The notes beneath the pieces are model-generated. The model made no database searches and was not told the DNA's origin. It was given only the letters and a program-made list of their open reading frames with translations. From the sequence record MW250785: 64,000 nt of DNA; one strand, written 5' to 3'. This stretch comes from Escherichia phage UPEC03. Position numbers and translations under genes: made by a program. Of the stretch, positions 47,383 to 57,352 are shown piece after piece. The number at the start of each line of letters is the position of its first letter. Within the stretch, counting starts at the first letter, position 1.

Positions 47383-47675
47383 AAAATAAAGAATATGACC
47401 CAATAGAAGTTAAAGAGCGGTTATCGGTAGCAAGAAGATTCCTTGAATCTATCGACCCTGATAAACTTGGAAAATGCCCTGATACGATTTGCCTTAATTG
47501 TGGGCGATCCGTAATGGTTGGAAAGTGCTGTGATAATCAGAATATCGTTATCATGGACAGGAAAGAAGTTTCACCGGAAGTATGGGATCGGATTCAAGAG
47601 ATCATCAAAAACCCACCTGAACCGACGAAACGTTTACGCGAACTTATGAGCAGGAAACCACGTTATGAAAAATGA
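47379..47675 (+). CDS. hypothetical protein with Cys-rich zinc-ribbon-like motif (CPDTICLNCG...KCC)
   Basis: ORF. Confidence 0.4.
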   Translation: MKNKEYDPIEVKERLSVARRFLESIDPDKLGKCPDTICLNCGRSVMVGKCCDNQNIVIMDRKEVSPEVWDRIQEIIKNPPEPTKRLRELMSRKPRYEK

Positions 47676-48039
47676 ACCAAGTAAAACTATCCGCCTGATC
47701 CGTTGGGAAGGGCAAGAAATCCGTTATGAAGACGACGACCGCGAATTCGTCCATGAAATGCTTGCGCATAATCTGGGATTCAAAAACGCCGCACTGGTGA
47801 TGATGCAACAAACCAGCGATGAAGACACCTGGCAATGCGTCATTCTCGATCTGGACAAAAACAAGGAATACACCGAAGATGAACTGTTTGCGCTCACAGA
47901 GAACGCTACAGCGCGTCAGAAGTGCTTCATGATCGATATGCCTCGCGAGAACTACGAGAATATCAAGAAAGCCCGTAAACAGAACAAGAACAACGTGTTC
48001 GACCTGTTCATGGGCTATCATGAAGAAACTACGGCCTAA
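47665..48039 (+). CDS. hypothetical protein
   Basis: ORF. Confidence 0.4.
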   Translation: MKNEPSKTIRLIRWEGQEIRYEDDDREFVHEMLAHNLGFKNAALVMMQQTSDEDTWQCVILDLDKNKEYTEDELFALTENATARQKCFMIDMPRENYENIKKARKQNKNNVFDLFMGYHEETTA

Positions 48040-49139
48040 GCCTCACTTGTTTTGCTGGTGTCGTTAGTAGCCGCTGCCACCTGTACACATTCCAATGTTT
48101 GCAGGTGGAAATCTTTTGATACGTCGCGGACACATTCAACGATCAGATACTTCCCTGAATATTCATCCCCTAACACCTCAATCAATGCCCCCACTTTAAC
48201 ATCCATTCGACCCTGATTGATATCAAACCGAATACGTTTTTCATAGCTGGATAACGTCTGACACTTCACAGCCTGGAACGGTTGACCCTGTTTGTCTGGG
48301 TTCTGGAAGTTGTTCTCATATACCGCGTTTCTGTTCATGGTGATCCATGCGTTTTCAATATCGGTACTCGCAAGGATATCACTATACAGTTTTTTATCCG
48401 TCATCGAGAAACTAAAGAAACTTGCATCCCCTAACAGGGTAGTGTTATCCTTATGGGTAATGTATTCACCTTTCGTGAATACCAAAGCGTCACCTAAAAA
48501 CGGGTTACTTACGTTGAACTTGTAAGCCTTTAACGGGGTTTGTGCGAGGATCTCCGTATTGCTTTTCATAAAGATACCGGAACCATCTTCCCACAGATAA
48601 CAGAAGTCAGACGAATCTACGCTCTGCCCGTTGTCACGGATGTAATCAAACACGGTTTCATACGTCCCGCTCAGGCAAGCCGGAGGAATACGCACGTTTG
48701 ATGCGTCGATATGCGGCGTGATCAACTTCATATCGTTATACAGTGCCGTCATGCACTCTGTAATCGTCTGTACGGCGTTGTTACTGAACGAACGGGAAAA
48801 CTTACGACGAAACACCGTATGCACCGGAGAAAGGTTTAGGCGCAGTATAGAGCGGTTCATATCATCGGTTTCGACGTTTGAATACAGAACACCGTAGTAA
48901 TGCTGTTCTAACGTTTCGTTATACTGGAAGGATACCTGAATAATCGGTTTTTCTGTCAACTGATAGATTAACTGGTTATCATAGATCTGCATCAATGTTT
49001 CAGAAGTACCGTTAATGATGGTTTTCTCACTCATTGAGACAAGGGCAGGTAACAATTCAAGATAGACGTTATCAGCGAACTTTTCATATGTTGGATATAA
49101 TTTAACCGACACGACGCGGTTTATAACTTTACTGGACAT
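48036..49139 (-). CDS. 27: baseplate hub subunit, gp27-like
   Basis: Size 367 aa and position divergent from gp28-29-48-54; loose similarity to T4 gp27 segments. Confidence 0.5.
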   Translation of the reverse strand: MSSKVINRVVSVKLYPTYEKFADNVYLELLPALVSMSEKTIINGTSETLMQIYDNQLIYQLTEKPIIQVSFQYNETLEQHYYGVLYSNVETDDMNRSILRLNLSPVHTVFRRKFSRSFSNNAVQTITECMTALYNDMKLITPHIDASNVRIPPACLSGTYETVFDYIRDNGQSVDSSDFCYLWEDGSGIFMKSNTEILAQTPLKAYKFNVSNPFLGDALVFTKGEYITHKDNTTLLGDASFFSFSMTDKKLYSDILASTDIENAWITMNRNAVYENNFQNPDKQGQPFQAVKCQTLSSYEKRIRFDINQGRMDVKVGALIEVLGDEYSGKYLIVECVRDVSKDFHLQTLECVQVAAATNDTSKTSEA

Positions 49140-49201
49140 TAGACATCCTCCCTTTATATTCTATTTACTAAATAGTAAATATCGGGATACTTGAGGCGAT
49201 C

Positions 49202-49780
49202 ATGAAAGAGAAGAAAAACACACTTGATAAATTTATGGTTACGCGTTTAAACATCAAGAACAGCAAAAATAAAGTAGTCACGTTGCCTACTGGTGAACAG
49301 GTTACGATCCCCCGTCTGGGCTATCGTCATTTCACCCAGATTAAAGCAATGAAAGACCCAATGCAGTTGCTTGAGTATATCATCAAAGAGATTCAACCGC
49401 GCGAATTAACCGCAGCAGAAACCGAATTCCTTTTGATTCACCTGCATTATCACAATGACGATAAAGCAATGGCGATACTGAAAGAGATCGGTATTAATCT
49501 GGATGATATGAAAATCAGCGAAGCTAAGTATGAACATACTTTTGATAACCTTCGATTGGTCTTCAATAAACCGACCCTAATGCTGGATGATCTGGCATTA
49601 CTGCTTAAAGAAGCGTATGACAACGGGAAGCCGATCGAACTGACGGACGAAAACCGTATTCAATTAATTAACTGCCTGTATCGTTATGAATATGACGATG
49701 TAAAACGTGGCGTACTCCAGGAAGTCTATATTGTGCATGAGGGGAAAACCATTAAAGGGCTTAACATCATCGGTGAATGA
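49202..49780 (+). CDS. baseplate hub distal subunit, gp28-like
   Basis: Position immediately upstream of gp29; size 192 aa. Confidence 0.45.
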   Translation: MKEKKNTLDKFMVTRLNIKNSKNKVVTLPTGEQVTIPRLGYRHFTQIKAMKDPMQLLEYIIKEIQPRELTAAETEFLLIHLHYHNDDKAMAILKEIGINLDDMKISEAKYEHTFDNLRLVFNKPTLMLDDLALLLKEAYDNGKPIELTDENRIQLINCLYRYEYDDVKRGVLQEVYIVHEGKTIKGLNIIGE

Positions 49781-51525
49781 TAATGGCTAGCAATCCATAT
49801 TTTAACGAAGAACAACGTCGCCGGATGCAGAATCCACCAAAACCACAGGCGCAACCGACTGTTCGTAAGATCCAGGCAACGTTAGATAAAGATTCGATGC
49901 GCGAGTTAAAGGATATCAATGATAATACCCTTGAAACCGCGCTGAATACACTGGACATCAAAGACAGTGTGAAATCCTTTGAGGATCGTTTCAAAGAGAA
50001 ATTCGCTGGCTTCCAGGAACAATACGAACAGGATCAGCAACCACTTGCTGAACAGTTGCCCGATTTTGTTGGGCCAGCGCGTCCACCATCATTAACAGAC
50101 AACAGCACAACCAGTGTTGATAACTCCGTCAGTGTATCGAACCAGCATAACCCATTTGCGAAAATCGAAACATACACCGGAACGATTGCAGAAGCAATCA
50201 CCAAGTTTATCGAACTCGCTGAAAAGAAACCAGCCCCCGCGCCGGAACCTGAACCAGTACCGGAAGAGGAACCGGAGGTCGATCGGGACAAGAAGAAGAT
50301 CCGCGATAAGGATAAAGACGAGAAGAAATTCAGCAAGAAAGTATTGTCTTTGCTGGGTGCAATCAAGGATAATACATCCGGTCTTCTGGCTCGCTTTATC
50401 GGTTATTCTCTCGAAGCGCTGGCGAAGTTTGCAAAATGGACTCTGATTATCGGTAGTATCGTATTTGCGATCGACGTACTGAGTAAGGTTGTTCAGAAGT
50501 GGTTCCAGGATATTCTTGCAGAGGGTGAAGCCTCGAAAGATTTGTTTGGTTCATACTTCGGGAATATCAAAACCCTTGCTGAGAAAATCAACGAAGGTCT
50601 GCAAAACTTTGATATGAGTAATTTGGGCGAATCGCTGAAAAACTTGTTCCTTGAACCGTTTAAGGTTCTGGGCGATACCATCAAAACCGCAATCACGGAA
50701 GGTATCGGTAATCTGATTTACGCTCTGGGTGAATATACCGGATCTGAAACAATTACCAACGCCGGACGCGGAATGAAAGTATCAGCACTGCGCGACAAAC
50801 AAAAATACGGTCTTGAAATTGATCCCGATGACCTGATTCTGCTGAAACAGCAGGAGATCCAGGATCAGAATGATAAAGTGGTTGAGGCACGTTCTAAGGT
50901 TGTCGAACAGGTTAAGGCTACCCAGGGCGCATTCTCATATAGTTTCGGACAGCAAACAGACGCACAGAAAGCATTGTCTAAGCAATTGGAACAGATGCGC
51001 GATCGTGTGGCTATTGAAGAAAAGATCACCGAAGAGAAGAAGAAAGAACTGAAAGCATTGCAGGAAAACCCCGCACTGTTACAGGCTGAGGTTGATAAAG
51101 AGAATACCGCTAATCGTAAGCGCGTGGACGAAACCAAACAGATCGAAGCCGCGCAAGCGAAAGCGAAACCTAAAGCGGATAATGAATTCGATCAGGGCGA
51201 TGAAATCCTGAACAAAGACAATCTGACGGGCAACGATAAAAAGGTAATGGAAAAACTCATAGAATCGCTTGAAGAGAAAAACAACTCCAAGAAACTTGAC
51301 GAAGACGATAGCGAACGATTCCGCTCAATGCTTGACCAGTGGCAGAACAAGATCGCCGCAGTACCGGAAAGCAGTGCAAGTATTGACAAGCAACCGGAAG
51401 CAGTGAAAGCCCCTGTTCAGCCTACAACGCCTAACAGCGTTCAGGTCAACAACAAAACAGTAAACAACACGGTTCAGCATTCAGTACAACGAACTGACCG
51501 TAAATCATTGATTGCATTAGCTTAA
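49777..51525 (+). CDS. 29: baseplate hub / tail-length determinant, gp29-like
   Basis: 582 aa (T4 gp29 590), charged coiled-coil-rich middle, upstream of gp48/gp54. Confidence 0.65.
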   Translation: MIMASNPYFNEEQRRRMQNPPKPQAQPTVRKIQATLDKDSMRELKDINDNTLETALNTLDIKDSVKSFEDRFKEKFAGFQEQYEQDQQPLAEQLPDFVGPARPPSLTDNSTTSVDNSVSVSNQHNPFAKIETYTGTIAEAITKFIELAEKKPAPAPEPEPVPEEEPEVDRDKKKIRDKDKDEKKFSKKVLSLLGAIKDNTSGLLARFIGYSLEALAKFAKWTLIIGSIVFAIDVLSKVVQKWFQDILAEGEASKDLFGSYFGNIKTLAEKINEGLQNFDMSNLGESLKNLFLEPFKVLGDTIKTAITEGIGNLIYALGEYTGSETITNAGRGMKVSALRDKQKYGLEIDPDDLILLKQQEIQDQNDKVVEARSKVVEQVKATQGAFSYSFGQQTDAQKALSKQLEQMRDRVAIEEKITEEKKKELKALQENPALLQAEVDKENTANRKRVDETKQIEAAQAKAKPKADNEFDQGDEILNKDNLTGNDKKVMEKLIESLEEKNNSKKLDEDDSERFRSMLDQWQNKIAAVPESSASIDKQPEAVKAPVQPTTPNSVQVNNKTVNNTVQHSVQRTDRKSLIALA

Positions 51526-51536
51526 AGGAAATTTAA

Positions 51537-52622
51537 ATGAAAATTACAGTATTGCAAGACACTGTACAATCATTTGCTGAAATCAAAAATGCTGGCATCC
51601 CCTCTGGGGGTGCTGCAACAACTAAAAACGCGTTGACTCAACCGATCGTAACAGCGGAATTTCCTTCCCAACGTGCAGCAGGTATTGATAACGCTTATAA
51701 TGCATCAAGCCTGTATAATAACGGCTTGCTGTTCACAGCATATGATTTCACGGGTGGACTTGCACCAGGCAGTAAAGACAACTACCGCTCATTACGTCAG
51801 GCAGCACAGAACGCGCAACAGATCCTTAGTGCCAACACTGGGAACGTTCGATACAAACAGGTTTTGAATACCCGTACTATGGGTACACTTAACCCCATTT
51901 GTCAAATACTTTTACCGCGAAGCCTGAACGATAACGAAGTGAACTCACACCGTTATCAGGATGCAACCGATAGTATTGTTGCTAAAGGTTTATCCCGTGC
52001 GGTATCAAACGTTATCTGGGGCGCTGTAGAATCCGTTTCTGGTGGTATTCTGGCAGACCGTAGGGAAGCAATCGACATCGGTACGAAAGCAGCGTTTCAA
52101 GGCTCTGATAAGCGCACAAAGATGTATTACAATACATTCGTTATCGAAAGCCGTTATGACCTGCTGGAACTGATTAAAATCTATTACCTGTTCACGGTGC
52201 TGGGTTATGGTACTACTTCTGGCGGTACTCCAGCAGAATTAGCCGGACTGGTTAAACAAGCGTATAATTCCAGCGCTTCGAAGGTTGCAAACGTTTTTGC
52301 ACCATCAACAAACCAGACGACAGCAAGCGATTTCAACGGCAGCATCGGGGATCAGATTGTTGACTTCGTATCGAACGTTGAAGTTATTAAATCGCCTCCT
52401 GTGTGGTTTATTCGTGACTTCCAGACAGGTGACAGTTTGCGGTTCCCTCATTCCACGTTCGGGCCAGCAGGTATTACCAGCGTTCGTTTCGGGCGTACAA
52501 TGGACAACATTGTAAATACGTTGAGAGAATCACCGAACACCCCGATCGCAGTTGAAATCGAAATTCAGTTTATGGAACTGATCGATATGCGTCAGGATTC
52601 GATTTTTGATACGCAGTATTAA
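51537..52622 (+). CDS. 48: baseplate tail-tube junction protein gp48
   Basis: 361 aa, immediately upstream of gp54 as in T4. Confidence 0.7.
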   Translation: MKITVLQDTVQSFAEIKNAGIPSGGAATTKNALTQPIVTAEFPSQRAAGIDNAYNASSLYNNGLLFTAYDFTGGLAPGSKDNYRSLRQAAQNAQQILSANTGNVRYKQVLNTRTMGTLNPICQILLPRSLNDNEVNSHRYQDATDSIVAKGLSRAVSNVIWGAVESVSGGILADRREAIDIGTKAAFQGSDKRTKMYYNTFVIESRYDLLELIKIYYLFTVLGYGTTSGGTPAELAGLVKQAYNSSASKVANVFAPSTNQTTASDFNGSIGDQIVDFVSNVEVIKSPPVWFIRDFQTGDSLRFPHSTFGPAGITSVRFGRTMDNIVNTLRESPNTPIAVEIEIQFMELIDMRQDSIFDTQY

Positions 52623-52631
52623 GGGGGAACA

Positions 52632-53495
52632 ATGTTCTATAGCGTAGATGAATTTTTGTCAGGAATGGCAAATAGAGACTTTCAGCGAAGCAACCTGTTT
52701 AGTGTTGTATTCGCAACCAGTCCTGCATCACGCATTCTCGACAGCACGATCGGGAGTATCCGCGATACTTTAATAGATGGTACTATGAGTTCCATTAACG
52801 CGAATAACCCGAACGAGTTCATGAACGCTATTACAGGGGGCGTAAGCAAGCTATTCAGCTATACAGTTGATAAAGCTATTATGTCCCTGAACAAAACAGG
52901 TTTCAGTAAAATCATGGGGGCGTTAAGCCCTCGTTTAATTACTTCCCTGTTTGGTGATAGTGTTTACGGACAGATGCTAACAGAATTCCGTGACAAAATG
53001 ATGTATAATATGGGGTTGAGCATCGTTGGTGTTCAGTTGCCTGGCAAAACGCTGGGTTATGAATACGTGTATAATGGCGGTGTACCCCAGATCCGATTCA
53101 CCCGACCGGAGAATGGAGAATTATCACTAACGTTCCGTGTGGATTCAGAAGCGCGTAACCTGAAAGTATTCAACGAATGGTTATCGGCTATTCGCGATGA
53201 TATTACAGGCCAGTTCGCATTCATTGATGAAGTATCAAGCGCGATCCAGGTAAACTTACACAATCGCGATGGTGTCCCGCACAGCACGTATGTATTCCAG
53301 AAGTGTTTGCCTGTTAAAGTCAGCAACCCAGAACTGAGTTATGAAAGCAATAACGAAATCTGGACATTCACTGTTGACTTTGCATATAAAACAGGCTGGC
53401 TTGTCGAAGCAGATAAAGAAGGTTGGGACGGATTCAAACAATCACTTATCGAAGGGGCAGCAATTGCCGTTCGTGGTGTGGTTACAGGACAATAA
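52632..53495 (+). CDS. 54: baseplate tail-tube initiator gp54
   Basis: N-terminus ...ANRDFQRSNLFSVVFATSP... parallels T4 gp54 (NADFQRNNMFSCVFATTP). Confidence 0.85.
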   Translation: MFYSVDEFLSGMANRDFQRSNLFSVVFATSPASRILDSTIGSIRDTLIDGTMSSINANNPNEFMNAITGGVSKLFSYTVDKAIMSLNKTGFSKIMGALSPRLITSLFGDSVYGQMLTEFRDKMMYNMGLSIVGVQLPGKTLGYEYVYNGGVPQIRFTRPENGELSLTFRVDSEARNLKVFNEWLSAIRDDITGQFAFIDEVSSAIQVNLHNRDGVPHSTYVFQKCLPVKVSNPELSYESNNEIWTFTVDFAYKTGWLVEADKEGWDGFKQSLIEGAAIAVRGVVTGQ

Positions 53496-53515
53496 GGGGC
53501 GAAAGCCCCTTTTGA
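53493..53515 (+). terminator. GC hairpin AAGGGGC-GAAA-GCCCCTT + T-run
   Basis: Seen in sequence after gp54. Confidence 0.5.
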
Positions 53516-53522
53516 GGTTAAA

Positions 53523-54266
53523 ATGATTGACATAATCCGCGTAAAACTCCCAGGTGGAGTGAAGCGATTCCCTATGTTTACCGTGCGCGATCAATTGAGT
53601 TTCTTACTCACAAGCGCGGACATGGAAGGGAAGACGCTCACAGAACAGCAAGAAATGCTGGATGAAATTTTAGATATTCTGTATCCGGGTTATTCCCGCA
53701 CCGAACAGGAAAACATTTTCACTAAGGTGTATTGTGTATCGTTCGGTAAGAACGCAATCAAGATCCGAATCAAAGGCAGCAGCGGACAATCAGAAGCATT
53801 CATGCATGTAACTGATTACGTTTTGCAAAATGAATATGCCCTTGATGATTCGCTTACTCTGGGATTCAAATTCCCGAAACATCGTAACAACAGTGAACAA
53901 TTATTCCTTGAATGTATCCAGTATGTCAAGCAGGACGGCGAAAGATACGAATGGAATGCATTAGACGAGGATACAAAGAACGCGATCCTGGATCTGGTGT
54001 CTATTGAAGATATGGAAAATATCGTTAAACTGTTACGCAAGTCCTGTCATGTTACCGTGCGTGATATTGAGTTCAGCGACTTATTGACACTGTACAAAAT
54101 CCTGTTCAACAAATCAGAACTGAATGAGTTCTTCAAAACCAACTATTTGTTAAATAAGAATACCGTACAGATTGAACCTATAATGAATGGAAGCCCGATG
54201 GAACGTTCAATTTACGTTGCATTGCTGGCAGAAGACTTGAAACGAAAAGAGAATGCAAATGCGTAA
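53523..54266 (+). CDS. putative baseplate hub assembly protein (gp51-like by size/position)
   Basis: 247 aa; location in baseplate cluster next to gp25. Confidence 0.35.
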   Translation: MIDIIRVKLPGGVKRFPMFTVRDQLSFLLTSADMEGKTLTEQQEMLDEILDILYPGYSRTEQENIFTKVYCVSFGKNAIKIRIKGSSGQSEAFMHVTDYVLQNEYALDDSLTLGFKFPKHRNNSEQLFLECIQYVKQDGERYEWNALDEDTKNAILDLVSIEDMENIVKLLRKSCHVTVRDIEFSDLLTLYKILFNKSELNEFFKTNYLLNKNTVQIEPIMNGSPMERSIYVALLAEDLKRKENANA

Positions 54267-54816
54267 ACATACCCCCCGACATATCCCAAAATATAATGTG
54301 ACTTATCGCCCGTTAACCATTGGCGATCTTGATGATACGGATAACTTCATCATTGAAGGTGATGTGTTCAGGCATCAGCGCGATTATGTTTACATTATGG
54401 CTCTGTTCGACAGTATCAACAAAGAGACTGTAGATCTCCAAATCAAATGCCCTGAATGCGGGGAACTGATTAAGTTTGTGCTCAACCGTCATCATATCAT
54501 GGTGGATGAATACGAAGAAAAGCTGTATGGCAATGAGATCAAGATTTCAGTTGAACCACGTCGCACCGGAAAGGAAGAGTTACCCGAACTGATTAAGTTT
54601 GTTGTCATCGACGGTGAACAAATCTTATGGGATGACTGTAAAGAGTCAGAGAAAGAAGCCGTTCTGGATAGTATCGACTATCCGGTCTTTAAATCAATAA
54701 ATAGCGCCCTGGATAAGCCAGCAATCGTTGCAAACATTCCGGTAAGGTGTTCGTGTGGCTACGAGCATATCGTTGCACTGAGAGGCTTAGAGGCGTTTCT
54801 AAAGGTGGTTGGATAA
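54253..54816 (+). CDS. putative baseplate hub protein with zinc-ribbon motifs (gp26-like by position)
   Basis: CPECG...CSCG pairs; adjacent to gp25. Confidence 0.35.
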   Translation: MQMRKHTPRHIPKYNVTYRPLTIGDLDDTDNFIIEGDVFRHQRDYVYIMALFDSINKETVDLQIKCPECGELIKFVLNRHHIMVDEYEEKLYGNEIKISVEPRRTGKEELPELIKFVVIDGEQILWDDCKESEKEAVLDSIDYPVFKSINSALDKPAIVANIPVRCSCGYEHIVALRGLEAFLKVVG

Positions 54817-55210
54817 AATGGGTGTTAACCTTCGCTTACTGTATAGCGATATCGATCCCAACTTAACAAAAGACTGGAACAATGACGTAACCGCCTCGAA
54901 AGGGGCGGCAGCGGTAAAGAATAGTCTGATCGGTATCGTAACAACACAAAAAGGCACACGGCCTTTCGATAGCAACTTTGGTTGTGAGATCGGGGAACAG
55001 ATTTTCGAGAACATGAACCCGCTAACAGCGGAAGCAGTAAGGACTTCGATTGTCTCCGCGATCCGCACATACGAACCCCGTGTTTACAATCTGGATGTTG
55101 AAGTGATTCCGCAGTATGACGAAAACGCAATCACCGTGACGATTTACTACAGCATCATTGATGAACCGGAAGAAGTAGAAAGAATCAAACTCCAGCTATC
55201 ATCCTCATAA
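54809..55210 (+). CDS. 25: baseplate wedge protein gp25
   Basis: LYSDIDPNLTKDWNNDV...KNSLIGIVTTQKGTRPFDSNFGCEIGEQIFENMNPLTAEAV...IKLQLSSS closely parallels T4 gp25. Confidence 0.9.
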   Translation: MDKMGVNLRLLYSDIDPNLTKDWNNDVTASKGAAAVKNSLIGIVTTQKGTRPFDSNFGCEIGEQIFENMNPLTAEAVRTSIVSAIRTYEPRVYNLDVEVIPQYDENAITVTIYYSIIDEPEEVERIKLQLSSS

Positions 55211-55233
55211 CAAAAAGCCCCTTTCGGGGCTTT
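55211..55233. terminator. bidirectional hairpin AAAAGCCCC-TTTC-GGGGCTTTT between convergent genes
   Basis: Seen in sequence. Confidence 0.6.
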
Positions 55234-55235
55234 TC

Positions 55236-55733
55236 TTATTCCATCACGATCCAGCCCATTAGCTGTTGATATCGCAATTCGAACGGGGTGATGAAAGAGC
55301 GGTTATTGATAACCTTCGTCCCGTTGTAGGACTTAATCACTTCTTCACCACGAAGTACATATTCGTATACTTCGTCCATAGTGTCGTAACGCACTTCTTC
55401 GACTTCGAAGCAGAAGTTGGAATATTCAATCATCCCGATCTTGTTCGCGTAACGACGTTCGATACAACCCTGTTTTTCAATCTGAGTAATCGCAGTATCA
55501 ATGAACTGCGCAAGTGCTTGCATGAAATTACCACATTCGACTTCACGGCCCCCGCTTGAGATAGCCAGGTAAACGCGGTTCAATCCATCATTACCGATGT
55601 AGCCGATGCAATCGCCACCGATATTAACAGCCCACACTTTACCCATTGGCCCCATACCCATTCTGTTCTCACTACGAGAAACACCTTTCAGTAACAGTGC
55701 CATGATACCGCCGCGAACGTAATTCATTTTCAT
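55236..55733 (-). CDS. hypothetical protein
   Basis: 165 aa ORF, no recognised domain. Confidence 0.4.
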   Translation of the reverse strand: MKMNYVRGGIMALLLKGVSRSENRMGMGPMGKVWAVNIGGDCIGYIGNDGLNRVYLAISSGGREVECGNFMQALAQFIDTAITQIEKQGCIERRYANKIGMIEYSNFCFEVEEVRYDTMDEVYEYVLRGEEVIKSYNGTKVINNRSFITPFELRYQQLMGWIVME

Positions 55734-55743
55734 GATAAGCCCC

Positions 55744-55974
55744 TTATTTTTTCAGGTTGATTAACCAAGATGGTTGGGTTTCTAAACTAACCGCTTTCCA
55801 AGCATATGCAACACTATAACCGGAATACGTCTGACATACAACAGCATTTTCATTTAAATATTTCACTTTGTGATTTGCCTCTTGTTCATCCAGGGCAGCA
55901 CACACGATATTCTTTTCATACACCCCGCCGTTTGGCTGGATAATGGTTTCTTCAATCAGATAAACGCTGTTCAT
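55744..55974 (-). CDS. hypothetical small protein
   Basis: ORF. Confidence 0.35.
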   Translation of the reverse strand: MNSVYLIEETIIQPNGGVYEKNIVCAALDEQEANHKVKYLNENAVVCQTYSGYSVAYAWKAVSLETQPSWLINLKK

Positions 55975-56186
55975 GCTAATTCCTTCTCGATTGCTTCGAT
56001 GATGTGGAGAACGTAACCGTTCAGTTCTTTTGCTTTATCAGCGGCTTCAACCATACCGTAACGAGGAACTTCTAAAACGTTCGCACCTTCGAGCAGGTTG
56101 CTTTCGATGTCTACGATTACGTAGCTCTCACCGATTACTGCGCCTTTTCTCCAGTCTTTTACGAACTTCATCATTTTAGCTTTCAT
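55971..56186 (-). CDS. hypothetical small protein (start MKAKMMKF)
   Basis: ATG directly after conserved leader copy. Confidence 0.4.
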   Translation of the reverse strand: MKAKMMKFVKDWRKGAVIGESYVIVDIESNLLEGANVLEVPRYGMVEAADKAKELNGYVLHIIEAIEKELA

Positions 56187-56265
56187 GTTCTCGTTCCTTT
56201 TGGCTGTTCCGTTTCGATATGTGTAATATAACAAAGCCCTCACCGAGAGGCAAGGGCTTTTTTGA
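56187..56265 (-). promoter_or_regulatory. PeSL-like cassette (hairpin with -35 TTGCCT, -10 TATATT, leader ACACATATCGAAACGGAACAGCCAAAAGGAAC)
   Basis: Read on minus strand. Confidence 0.5.
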
Positions 56266-56266
56266 T

Positions 56267-56557
56267 TTAATGCATAAAAGATTTGACGTACTTCACGATT
56301 TCTTCACGACACATATCGACCGGAGTATCCTCTGCAATAGCAGCATGACAGAAGATTTCACCATCCAGCCAGAACGATAGCATGTACTGAATATCCCGAC
56401 CTTCGTTTTCTTTCTGGTGTTTCTTGATGCGATCAAATGCATCATCCATACTTTCGGTAGCTGTAAGCATTTCAGATTCACCCGCTACAGCAGCCATTTC
56501 CCCAGCTTCATCACTGAATTCGCTTTCCAGTTCTTCCCAGTATACTATCGTTATCAT
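56267..56557 (-). CDS. hypothetical highly acidic small protein
   Basis: 96 aa rich in E/D. Confidence 0.4.
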   Translation of the reverse strand: MITIVYWEELESEFSDEAGEMAAVAGESEMLTATESMDDAFDRIKKHQKENEGRDIQYMLSFWLDGEIFCHAAIAEDTPVDMCREEIVKYVKSFMH

Positions 56558-56690
56558 GGATTACCCCAAACAGATTTTACATTTACAGAGAGGACATTCC
56601 GCCTCTTTAACGCGCAAGCGCTTTGTTGCTGTTCGCTTCGCTGTGTTGTGATCATACACATGCAAACAGCGATAACAGATCACCAATCGT

Positions 56691-57164
56691 TTAGCCGTCA
56701 TAACCACCACCGCAACGAACATCACCTTCAATGAACAGTTCGCGGTTATCTCTCAGGAGATTGTATTTCTTTTCGAGTTCCGGCCCGAATGCGTCCGCGT
56801 CGTCATACCAGTCATAGTTATAACTTCCGGTTTCCTCGTCGTATTCCGGTTCGTCGCCGCACTCATTGAAGTGAACGATTTTAACATCATCCAGATTCAG
56901 TTCTTTCAGCTTGTCCCAGATGCGGGTTATTTCGACGCTATTACATCCGAACGCTTCCAGTGTGATTGTACCGTCATCATGTACTTGAGGAACACCCCAG
57001 CGCGGACGATGATGAATTTCGGTGATCATATCCATCAGCGATTCAACGTTTGACTCACCGTAAATCTTTGCAACTTCCTGTTCTTTACCAGGGCGGACAA
57101 GTCCTATCCCGATAATGAAACTACTGCTTGAGCTATTGCTCACGAACCCAGAACGGATCTTCAT
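56691..57164 (-). CDS. hypothetical protein, paralogue 1 with N-terminal MKIRSGFVSNSSSSSFI motif
   Basis: First 17 residues identical to ORF 60599..61111, remainder unrelated. Confidence 0.5.
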   Translation of the reverse strand: MKIRSGFVSNSSSSSFIIGIGLVRPGKEQEVAKIYGESNVESLMDMITEIHHRPRWGVPQVHDDGTITLEAFGCNSVEITRIWDKLKELNLDDVKIVHFNECGDEPEYDEETGSYNYDWYDDADAFGPELEKKYNLLRDNRELFIEGDVRCGGGYDG

Positions 57165-57352
57165 CGCCTTGCCTCGTATTTCGCGTTATCTGCGATTTTC
57201 TCATGATACAGGTTGTATGACAACACCAGCGGGATACAAGCTACTATAAGCCCGATGATAGCCAGTTGATATTCGCGTTTATCGAACGCCATGAATGTAA
57301 TCGTAGCGCCCAGAATAAACACACCTAACGCAATGATGAAGAATAATGTCAT
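57161..57352 (-). CDS. hypothetical small membrane protein (two TM helices)
   Basis: ORF with 4-nt overlaps on both sides. Confidence 0.4.
   Translation of the reverse strand: MTLFFIIALGVFILGATITFMAFDKREYQLAIIGLIVACIPLVLSYNLYHEKIADNAKYEARR

Noticed and set aside
55236-55733. UvsY assignment for the ORF next to gene 25 (by T4 synteny)
   Set aside because: The sequence shows no resemblance to T4 UvsY as I recall it and is longer; left as hypothetical.
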